DNA of 25,686 nucleotides, from positions 1-25,686 of the IMG/VR virus record IMGVR_UViG_3300020043_004904, one strand, 5' to 3'. The notes under the pieces are model-generated. The model was given only the letters and a program-made list of their open reading frames with translations. It was not told the DNA's origin and did not search any database. The stretch's first letter is position 1. The number at the start of each line of letters is the position of its first letter. A program made the translations under genes and the position numbers. Below, piece after piece: positions 7,372 through 14,199 of this stretch. This stretch comes from a virus. Taxonomy: Duplodnaviria; Caudoviricetes.

Positions 7372-8065
7372 ACAGGGCTGTAATGTTTACGCCATACACC
7401 TCAAGCCAAGCCTGCGCAGGCCATGACTTTACTTTTCCCCAGCGTGGATCAACCACTTCAATGGGTTTGATTGCTCGATCCTTGCACCACTTCTTGAGCG
7501 GCTGCCATTGGTATTGGTCGCGGGTAGCGTTTTCGATGGCAATGATTGTGGCGTGTGATTTGCATCGGCCTAACTCGGCTTGCAGCGTGTTGGCTTTGCG
7601 TACGGCATGTGATGCGGTCGCCATTGCTGTGGCTTCGCGTCGGTTGCCGATTTCGGCCTTTGTTGCTACTGCATGGTCGCGTTCGATAGCTAGGCGCTCT
7701 TTGTCCTCCTCAGCCTGTACCAAGGCGAGCAAAGCCTCTTTGTATGTCAGGGGCAATGTTACAGGCTGCACAACTTGGTTTTTAGTCGCCATCCAATAAT
7801 CGACAAGCTTGGCGGTGTATTCTGGGCATAGCTGGGCGACGATGATGTATGAGTCGCGTTCGTTGACCACATAGACAGATTCGGTGCGATTGCGACCCAT
7901 TGAATCTTTAAATTGTTCATCCTCAATTTGAGGACGGACAATTACCGCCTGATCTGCAAGGTTTTCGATGGTGCGCTTGACGTTGTCATGGCGCTTTTCG
8001 ACGACGACAGCAATTTGCTTGCTTGTCATGGTCTGGCTGGGTGTTGCATTGATCAGGGTGTGCAT
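7367..8065 (-). CDS. Rha-family phage regulatory / antirepressor protein
   Basis: TMTSKQIAVVVEKRHDNVKRTIE, DSMGR..YVVNERDS, AKLVDYW, LPLTYKEAL and KAEIGNRREATAMA motifs; start could be 8065 or 8074. Confidence 0.85.
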   Translation of the reverse strand: MHTLINATPSQTMTSKQIAVVVEKRHDNVKRTIENLADQAVIVRPQIEDEQFKDSMGRNRTESVYVVNERDSYIIVAQLCPEYTAKLVDYWMATKNQVVQPVTLPLTYKEALLALVQAEEDKERLAIERDHAVATKAEIGNRREATAMATASHAVRKANTLQAELGRCKSHATIIAIENATRDQYQWQPLKKWCKDRAIKPIEVVDPRWGKVKSWPAQAWLEVYGVNITALF

Positions 8066-8078
8066 ATTTTGCATCCAT

Positions 8079-8192
8079 AAAAAAGCCTTAGATTTTGCAG
8101 TAAGGTGAAAGAGGGTCACGACACCCACTTACTGCAAATCTAAGGCTATTCGTTTGTCGTGATTGCTGTAGCGGTGCTGATCGACTTTCACC
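8079..8192 (-). ncRNA. C4-like antisense/attenuator leader of the Rha gene
   Basis: 20-bp stem (8084-8104 with 8128-8147) followed by a U-tract; two 8-nt boxes at the loop are complementary to boxes at 8155-8162 and 8185-8192. Confidence 0.6.
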
Positions 8193-8196
8193 CCGA

Positions 8197-8285
8197 CCAA
8201 CAAAGCAATCATACCACACCATCCCATTCTGTCTAATCAATTTTGCTTATGGATTGGCGTGGATTGATAAAGGAAAGTTATTAGA
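8197..8285. repeat. 89-bp direct repeat, copy 2 (contains the leftward promoter of the Rha leader)
   Basis: 81/89 identical to 7283-7371. Confidence 0.9.
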
Positions 8286-8310
8286 TACCGCACGGCCTGC
8301 GTGCTACTAT
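8282..8310 (+). promoter_or_regulatory. Promoter of the replication operon
   Basis: TAGATA-17 nt-TACTAT with a TG extended -10. Confidence 0.6.
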
Positions 8311-8316
8311 CATTGA

Positions 8317-8410
8317 GCCGCCACACATGGGAGTAGCTACCCGTGTGCATGCTATCCCTGTTTGGCTTGGCGGCAAATCATCTTATAACAGGGCAAAACT
8401 TAACAGGGAG
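8317..8410 (+). ncRNA. Three-way-junction antisense-type leader RNA with two downstream target boxes
   Basis: Closing stem GCCGCCA/TGGCGGC, two inner hairpins; loop TCCCTGTT complementary to AACAGGG at 8387 and AACAGGGA at 8402, which overlaps the SD. Confidence 0.6.
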
Positions 8411-8417
8411 TCATGGC

Positions 8418-9239
8418 ATGTCAAATGCTATCGTAAACCGCATCCGCTCGGCAGACCTGCCGCCAACCGAAAAGTTTATCCTCTGGATCATCTCTGATAT
8501 TGCGAATGATGCAGGCTTTACTGCTGACTATGCGCCTATTCCGCGCCTACAAAAAGAGTCTGGCTTTAGTCGGCAGACGGTGATCAGCGCGATCAAGCGT
8601 CTAGAGGATCAAAACATTATCAAAGCTGACCGCTCAAATGGTCGTTTAACCGCTTACTCTGTCAATCCAGAATACAACATTAACGCAGCCAAACCAGTCA
8701 ACCTGTTAGACGGGTACAATAGCTATACCGGTCAAACTGTCATGCAAACCAGTCTAACTGATCAAGACAACCAGTCTAACTGGCATATGCAACCCGTCAC
8801 GGAGGTTGACTCTATCCATCATATCCATCATATCCCTCTTATCCCACAAACGCCCGATGCTGAAAAAACCGAAAAACAAGACAAGCCAAAAAAACAAAAA
8901 CCACGACTAACGGCAATGCCAAAGGATTTTGAGTTGTCGGTATCGCCAGCAGTCAAAGCATGGGCAGAAAAGAACGGTCATACGAACCTAGAAGCTCACC
9001 TTGAGCACTTTGTTGGTTATGCAAAAGCACGAGGGGCAACATACGCAAACTGGGATCAAGCTTTGATGAACGCCATCCGTGGTGATTGGGCAAAGCTTAA
9101 GGGTAAGACATGGCAACAACCTAGCCAACCAGCACAACCAGCAGTTGAGCCACTGACCCAACCTATCAAACACAAATACGCTACTCACGACACCGTAGCA
9201 GACCCCGCAGCCCTCGCACGTCTGCGCAGCATGTTGTAA
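8418..9239 (+). CDS. Replication initiator protein (N-terminal HTH, lambda O-like role)
   Basis: LPPTEKFILWIISD...LQKESGFSRQTVISAIKRLE helix-turn-helix; internal iteron-like repeats; precedes dnaB; SD GGGAG. Confidence 0.8.
   Translation: MSNAIVNRIRSADLPPTEKFILWIISDIANDAGFTADYAPIPRLQKESGFSRQTVISAIKRLEDQNIIKADRSNGRLTAYSVNPEYNINAAKPVNLLDGYNSYTGQTVMQTSLTDQDNQSNWHMQPVTEVDSIHHIHHIPLIPQTPDAEKTEKQDKPKKQKPRLTAMPKDFELSVSPAVKAWAEKNGHTNLEAHLEHFVGYAKARGATYANWDQALMNAIRGDWAKLKGKTWQQPSQPAQPAVEPLTQPIKHKYATHDTVADPAALARLRSML
8692..8848 (+). repeat. Iteron-like repeats, probable replication origin
   Basis: AACCAGTCTAACTG exact at 8747 and 8769, variants at 8692, 8726 and 8791; then TATCCATCA-type 9-mers from 8813. 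Confidence 0.65.
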
Positions 9240-9249
9240 GGACACGATC

Positions 9250-10584
9250 ATGATTAATTTGTCAGATGTACGTTTTGAGCAAGCCACACTAGCGGCGCTT
9301 ATGTCCATCGACGCGGCTTATGACGAGGTGTGCGATAAGCTGTACATCGAGTCTTTTTTGGCAGAGCGTCATAAAGCCATTTTTGAAGCGATTACAGCGG
9401 TTAAAAAAGACGGTGGTAGGGTTGATGCTGTTTTAGTCATGGAGTGGCTAGAATCGCGTAAAAAGCTAGCTGTAGCGGGTGGTCAGCAGTACTTGATGGA
9501 TTTGCTCGCTAACTCACCGGCTAGTTTGTTTAATGTCGGACTGTATGTTGACCGGATGAATGATCTCGCTATACGCCGGTCGAGCAAAGAAGCACTGATC
9601 AAAGCGCAGGATCAACTGATCCATAATCCTGACCGATCAGCCACGGACGTAGTGAGCGACGTGATCAGCGCGCTCACTAACGCAACCACCTTTGATACCG
9701 AGAGCGATGCGGTGGATATGGGCGCTGCACTCAAAGCGCAGATTGAACACATGCAATGGCTCGCTGAAAATCCAGATGGATGCTTTGGCGCTAAGACGGG
9801 GTTTATCGAGTTGGATAACCTGATCGGCGGCATGGCCGAAGGAGACTTGATTATCGTCGGCGCTCGCCCGAGTATGGGCAAAACCACGTTTGCGATGAAT
9901 GTTGTGGAACATGCCGCATCATCTACAAGCGACCCGTGGCTAGTCATCTCGCTTGAAATGCCGACATTGCAGCTCACGCAGCGCATGCTGTCGTTTTGCG
10001 CGGGGGTGAGCTTAAACAATATCAAGTCAGGGCGACTCGACGAGGATGAATTGACGCGATACGGTGGGGCGGTGATGCGGCTGCAAGAAACCAAGCTGTC
10101 TTTTAATGATAAGGGCAATCAGACATTGTCTGAGGTGCGGCGGCAAGCTGTAGCGCTTAAACGCAAACACGGCAAGATTGGCGGCATCATGCTTGACTAT
10201 ATCGGGATTATGGGCGGCATTGATCCCAACAACAAAGTCAACAGCATTGGCGAGATCAGCAAAGGGCTAAAGGCTTTGGCTAAAGAGCTAAAGTGCCCGA
10301 TCATTGCCCTGTCGCAGCTTAACCGCTCGCTTGAGAGTCGCCCCAACAAACGCCCTGTCATGTCAGATTTGCGTGAGTCGGGGGCGATTGAGCAGGATGC
10401 GGACATCATCATGTTTTTGTATCGGGACGAGGTTTATCATCCCGAAACACAAGCTAAGGGCGTGGCTGAGGTGATCGTGGCTAAACAGCGAAACGGGGCT
10501 ATCGGCAAGGTGGCATTGGGTTTTGAGGGGCAATACAGCCGCTTTGTGAATCTGCGCGGCGCTTATGACTTGGGAGATGAGTGA
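9250..10584 (+). CDS. dnaB: Replicative DNA helicase DnaB
   Basis: GARPSMGKT Walker A, SLEM, LDYI, ALSQLNR, SDLRESGAIEQDAD, KQRNG. Confidence 0.97.
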   Translation: MINLSDVRFEQATLAALMSIDAAYDEVCDKLYIESFLAERHKAIFEAITAVKKDGGRVDAVLVMEWLESRKKLAVAGGQQYLMDLLANSPASLFNVGLYVDRMNDLAIRRSSKEALIKAQDQLIHNPDRSATDVVSDVISALTNATTFDTESDAVDMGAALKAQIEHMQWLAENPDGCFGAKTGFIELDNLIGGMAEGDLIIVGARPSMGKTTFAMNVVEHAASSTSDPWLVISLEMPTLQLTQRMLSFCAGVSLNNIKSGRLDEDELTRYGGAVMRLQETKLSFNDKGNQTLSEVRRQAVALKRKHGKIGGIMLDYIGIMGGIDPNNKVNSIGEISKGLKALAKELKCPIIALSQLNRSLESRPNKRPVMSDLRESGAIEQDADIIMFLYRDEVYHPETQAKGVAEVIVAKQRNGAIGKVALGFEGQYSRFVNLRGAYDLGDE

Positions 10585-10877
10585 TGGACAAACTACAGGC
10601 AATTCGCGACCGACTGCCGCACTTAACAGTCAATGCACCCGATGGATTTGCCGACCCCAAAACCGAGCGACTCGCCTACGCGGTAGCCAAGTACAGCCAA
10701 GCTGTCGAAACAGACGGGCAGTGGTGGCAGTCGTGGGATGTGGTGCGGGATTTGATCTGCGCAGGGTTAGCGTGCCCACCGAATACCGCCGATGCGTGTT
10801 TAAACGAGCTTTGCAAGCAGGGCAAGTTTGAGCAGCGTGATGGAAAGATCAAAATTAGACTAGACAATAGTCTTTGA
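10584..10877 (+). CDS. Hypothetical protein (97 aa)
   Basis: TGATG coupling with dnaB. Confidence 0.6.
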   Translation: MDKLQAIRDRLPHLTVNAPDGFADPKTERLAYAVAKYSQAVETDGQWWQSWDVVRDLICAGLACPPNTADACLNELCKQGKFEQRDGKIKIRLDNSL

Positions 10878-10933
10878 GTGTGGCAATATTCTGTTGTTCC
10901 CGATCAATTCCGAATCGGGTGGGAGTGTAAAAA

Positions 10934-11518
10934 ATGTTGAAATCAGAACAGATCAACGAACTGAGTGCGGCGCTTGCCAAGGCTCAATCTGAGATCGAAA
11001 ACGCAAGCAAGACCAGCAGCAATCCTCACTTTAAATCCAAGTATGCCGACCTAGCCGAAATCCTGAACACGGTTCGCCCCGTGTTTAGCGCACACGGCTT
11101 AGCTATCGTGCAAATGCCGAGTTTTGAAAGCGGTATTGCTCATGTCGAAACCTTGTTGACTCACAGCAGTGGCCAATGGATCAGCAATGTGTGCAGCGCA
11201 CCTGTTGGCAAGCAAGACGCGCAAGGCGTTGGTAGCGCAATCACCTATCTGCGTCGTTATAGCTTGGCAGCGTTTGCAGGCGTGGCTCAAGAGGATGACG
11301 ATGGCAATAGCGCCGTAGGAAAACATGCGCCACAACAGCAGGCAGCAAAGCCACAACAACAACCAATGACCGCCGAAATCATGGAAAAGGCTGCGCAGTC
11401 GATCCGTGACGGCAAAGCAAACGTGCAGCGTATTGCTAAGGCCTACATCCTGAGCGACGAGCAGCGAGCGGCGCTGATCGCTATTGAAACCCAAGCACTT
11501 GCGGAGCAACAAGCATGA
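10934..11518 (+). CDS. ERF-family single-strand annealing recombinase
   Basis: [22 protein letters not shown] and [20 protein letters not shown] motifs. Confidence 0.92.
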   Translation: MLKSEQINELSAALAKAQSEIENASKTSSNPHFKSKYADLAEILNTVRPVFSAHGLAIVQMPSFESGIAHVETLLTHSSGQWISNVCSAPVGKQDAQGVGSAITYLRRYSLAAFAGVAQEDDDGNSAVGKHAPQQQAAKPQQQPMTAEIMEKAAQSIRDGKANVQRIAKAYILSDEQRAALIAIETQALAEQQA

Positions 11519-11937
11519 AAGGCGTAAACAAAGTGATCCTAGTTTGCACACTAGGCCAAGACCCTGAACTCAAGAAGTTTGGCAATGGCGGGCAGATTGC
11601 CAACGTATCGGCAGCGACATCTGAGTCATGGACTGACAAAAACACGGGTGAGCGTAAAGAACAGACCGAATGGCATCGACTTGTTTTTAATGGTCGCTTG
11701 GCTGAGGTGGTGCAGCAGTATCTGCGCAAGGGCAGCAAAATCTACGTTGAGGGCAAGCTATCTACGCGCAAATGGACAGATCAAAGCGGTCAAGATCGTT
11801 ATGTGACTGAGATCAAGTGCGATCAGATGCAAATGCTTGACAGCAAGCCGCAGGATAGTGGCGGTCAGCGTCAACAGCAAACGCGTTCACAGCCGAAAAG
11901 CCGTCATGATGACCTAGATCAAGATTTGCCATTTTAG
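11515..11937 (+). CDS. ssb: Single-stranded DNA-binding protein
   Basis: [29 protein letters not shown], acidic tail ending DLPF. Confidence 0.97.
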   Translation: MKGVNKVILVCTLGQDPELKKFGNGGQIANVSAATSESWTDKNTGERKEQTEWHRLVFNGRLAEVVQQYLRKGSKIYVEGKLSTRKWTDQSGQDRYVTEIKCDQMQMLDSKPQDSGGQRQQQTRSQPKSRHDDLDQDLPF

Positions 11938-11939
11938 AA

Positions 11940-11996
11940 TGGATATTATTTAGAATGGATGGTACAATAGCATTCCGACCAAAGAGTGCTATTGTA
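11940..11996 (+). promoter_or_regulatory. Internal promoter embedded in a hairpin covering the HNH translation start region
   Basis: TGGATA-17 nt-TACAAT (extended TG); 13-bp stem 11963-11975 with 11984-11996. Confidence 0.6.
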
Positions 11997-12472
11997 TGAA
12001 ACATTGTAAGAAATGCGGTGAAGAAAAGCCACTAAGCGAGTACTACAAACACGCTAAGATGGCTGATGGACATTTGAATGTCTGCAAAGATTGCAAGCGA
12101 TCCGATGCAATCAATGTAAGAAATTCAAACATTGAGTATTACCGAGCTTATGACCGAGCGCGAGCAAATAACCCTGAGCGCGTCCAGTCGCGTGAGAATT
12201 ACGCCAAGTCAGAAAGCGGAAAGGTTGCTCAAGGTGCGGCAAAAAAGAGATTTTCCGAGCGAAATCCTGTAGCCAGAAAATGCACCCATGCTGTGAACAA
12301 TGCGGTTCGCGATGGAAAGCTAATCAAGCAACCATGCGAAGTTTGTGGAAGCACAACAAAAGTGCATGGTCATCATGATGATTATTCAAAGCCCTTAGAT
12401 GTTCGATGGCTTTGCCCAAAACATCATGCTGAATGGCATAAGCGCAATGAGCCAATCAACCGAAACGGTTAA
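11996..12472 (+). CDS. HNH-type (His-Me finger) endonuclease with zinc-binding motifs
   Basis: CKKC and CKDC pairs; PCEVCG..VHGHHDDYSKPLDVRWLCPKHHAEWH. Confidence 0.75.
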   Translation: MKHCKKCGEEKPLSEYYKHAKMADGHLNVCKDCKRSDAINVRNSNIEYYRAYDRARANNPERVQSRENYAKSESGKVAQGAAKKRFSERNPVARKCTHAVNNAVRDGKLIKQPCEVCGSTTKVHGHHDDYSKPLDVRWLCPKHHAEWHKRNEPINRNG

Positions 12473-12517
12473 TCAACAACATACGCGCCTAAGTGATTAG
12501 GCGCACGAGGGCACACC

Positions 12518-13021
12518 ATGAACCTATACGACTACGGCGACGAACTCGCCGCCAAGATTGCCGCCGTCCAGCAGATGATCGAGGATGGCGAGGAAGTTGA
12601 GGGCAAAGCGGTGCAGGCCGCTTTGCGTGACATGGTAAGCGCCGAGGGCGATTTGCACGCCAAAGCTGCAAACGTGGCGCTGTATATCCGTGAGCTTAAG
12701 GCGCAGGCCGAAGCAGTCAAGGCCGAACAAGATCGGTTGGCAAAACGTCGAGCAAGCCTTGTGCGTCGGGCTGAATCGCTCACTGACTATCTGCTGGGCG
12801 CATTGCAACAACACGGCATTGATCAAGTTAAGACGCCGTTAGTGACGGTGTCGGTGCGGATCAATCCGTGGTCAGTTGAAGTGGCAGACCCAAAGGCATT
12901 GCCGCCTGAATATCTGACGGTTAAGGTTGAGCCGAACAAAAAGGCGCTGTTGGCTGCGCGTGAGTCGGTGCAGTTTGAGGGCGTGACATATCAAAAATCC
13001 ATCAGCTTACGCATCAGTTAA
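12518..13021 (+). CDS. Siphovirus Gp157-family protein
   Basis: KAANVALYIREL..KAEQDRLAKRR..LTDYL..VKTPLVTVSVRINPWSV..LPPEY..EPNKKAL pattern. Confidence 0.85.
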   Translation: MNLYDYGDELAAKIAAVQQMIEDGEEVEGKAVQAALRDMVSAEGDLHAKAANVALYIRELKAQAEAVKAEQDRLAKRRASLVRRAESLTDYLLGALQQHGIDQVKTPLVTVSVRINPWSVEVADPKALPPEYLTVKVEPNKKALLAARESVQFEGVTYQKSISLRIS

Positions 13022-13069
13022 TCAGTAAAACTGATTGGACGAATTGAGCGGTTTTTGACAATATCACTT

Positions 13070-13146
13070 GTGTGGCTAGGAGGCATCCGAAAGCGTGAAA
13101 CGTCTGGCACGTTGCCACACACTCCACTAGACGAAACCTGTAGACG
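13070..13146 (+). ncRNA. Second three-way-junction antisense-type RNA, forming the leader of the CRISPR array
   Basis: Closing stem GTGTGGC/GCCACAC; loop AAACGTCTGG pairs with CTAGACG (13127) and TAGACG (13141). Confidence 0.55.
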
Positions 13147-13148
13147 AG
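13117..13148 (+). repeat. Spacer-sized flanking direct repeat, upstream copy (preceded by CC)
   Basis: Contains CACTAGACGAAACCT (13125-13139), identical to 13425-13439; abuts repeat 1. Confidence 0.85.
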
Positions 13149-13416
13149 GTTCACCACCGTGTAGGTGGTTTAGAAGTGCTGTACTTGTCATTGATCATCG
13201 TTAAAGCTGTTCACCACCGTGTAGGTGGTTTAGAAGTATAACGCCTGCGTTTTGATCGTCCATCATGCGTTCACCACCGTGTAGGTGGTTTAGAAGACAA
13301 CGGGACACAAGCCGCGATAAGGGCAGGCGTTCACCACCGTGTAGGTGGTTTAGAAGTGAATAACGCCGGATCGCAGCCGATGCCAGATGTTCACCACCGT
13401 GTAGGTGGTTTAGAAA
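13149..13416 (+). CRISPR. Type I-F CRISPR mini-array without cas genes: 5 repeats, 4 spacers
   Basis: GTTCACCACCGTGTAGGTGGTTTAGAA(G/A), 28 nt, at 13149, 13209, 13269, 13329 and 13389; unique 32-nt spacers; CCACC-GTGTA-GGTGG hairpin and 8-nt TTTAGAAR tail match the Cas6f-type repeat layout. Confidence 0.97.
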
Positions 13417-13448
13417 ACACTCAACACTAGACGAAACCTTAGACGGGG
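13417..13448 (+). repeat. Spacer-sized flanking direct repeat, downstream copy
   Basis: Abuts repeat 5; related to 13117-13148; carries the SD-like GGGG of the next gene. Confidence 0.85.
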
Positions 13449-13453
13449 TTTGT

Positions 13454-13621
13454 ATGTTCAAGTTTTTACTGATCGCCTGCGTTGTGACAAAAGGCGGTAC
13501 ATATCAAGATTGTGCACCAGGCGCGATTTATCAAACACAAGCCGAATGCTATGCAAGCGCCGCAGTCGTTGAAGATGACGCGATGGCGGACGGGTTTTTT
13601 TGTGCGTGCTGTTTGTGTTGA
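13454..13621 (+). CDS. Small Cys-containing protein, DUF1482/YebW-like pattern (55 aa; not in ORF track)
   Basis: MFKFLLIACVVTKGGTYQDC...IYQTQAECYA: hydrophobic N-terminus and spaced cysteines; family call tentative. Confidence 0.55.
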   Translation: MFKFLLIACVVTKGGTYQDCAPGAIYQTQAECYASAAVVEDDAMADGFFCACCLC

Positions 13622-13630
13622 GGTGGAGTG

Positions 13631-14011
13631 ATGAGTCTACAAGGACAGCTCGCAATCGCGCAGCGCAAAGGGCAAAAGCATTTTACGTTTTGCTACAACG
13701 TGGCAGACATGGCGGATGCTAAAGACGTGCGAACCGCAATGCACGGAAATGACTTGGCTAAAAACGCATGGTTGTGTAACGGCTATTTTTGGTGGTCGGC
13801 GGTTATTACCGTGTTTAGCCCAAACGCTGATGGCACGGTGACGGAAGTCAAGGCGTACTGCCGCGATACGATGCGCCGCCGTCCGCACGACTTAACAAAA
13901 GACCTGCACAAGGCGATTGAGCGGCTACACAAAGAGCATCCTGATGCTGATATGTCAATCAGCACAGTATCGGTCACTTGCAGCGTGGTGTGCCCAAAAT
14001 GGAATTCTTGA
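13631..14011 (+). CDS. Hypothetical protein (126 aa)
   Basis: SD GAGGTGGAG; packed in the operon. Confidence 0.65.
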   Translation: MSLQGQLAIAQRKGQKHFTFCYNVADMADAKDVRTAMHGNDLAKNAWLCNGYFWWSAVITVFSPNADGTVTEVKAYCRDTMRRRPHDLTKDLHKAIERLHKEHPDADMSISTVSVTCSVVCPKWNS

Positions 14012-14199
14012 TTTTGTTGCGGTCGTGGCTACGGCTCAAAATCGGCAATATTCGGCAACTTGCAAAGGTTAGCGGATTTTCGATGCGCACGATCTCTTGG
14101 TGGGTCAAGGGCAAGATTATGATGAGCGAGTTTGTCGCAGATGTTTTGCTGACAAGCATGGGTGTGATTGAGCAAAAACTGATGGGGTGTGGGAAATGA
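13999..14199 (+). CDS. Small HTH-like protein (66 aa)
   Basis: IRQLAKVSGFSMRTISWWVKG resembles an HTH; stop overlaps the next start. Confidence 0.5.
   Translation: MEFLILLRSWLRLKIGNIRQLAKVSGFSMRTISWWVKGKIMMSEFVADVLLTSMGVIEQKLMGCGK

Noticed and set aside
8317-8374. Branched RNA as a possible tRNA
   Set aside because: Too short, only two inner arms, no T-loop GTTC or D-loop consensus.
11933-11960. TTTAGAA resembling the 3' end of the CRISPR repeat (solitary repeat / RNA anti-CRISPR idea)
   Set aside because: No GTTC start or matching Cas6f-type hairpin upstream; better explained as a local 12-bp duplication.
13177-13388. Self-targeting by spacers 1-4 within the window
   Set aside because: By eye only short matches were found (e.g. 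TATAACGCC near 22863); not an exhaustive search, and the rest of the genome is unseen.
13201-13461. 86-aa minus-strand ORF with repeated LNHLHGGE
   Set aside because: Translation artefact of the 60-bp periodic CRISPR repeats.
12518-14199. ORFs flanking the array as possible cas genes
   Set aside because: The upstream gene is Gp157-like; downstream ORFs are short and show no Cas1, Cas3, Cas6f or Csy motifs that I can recognise.
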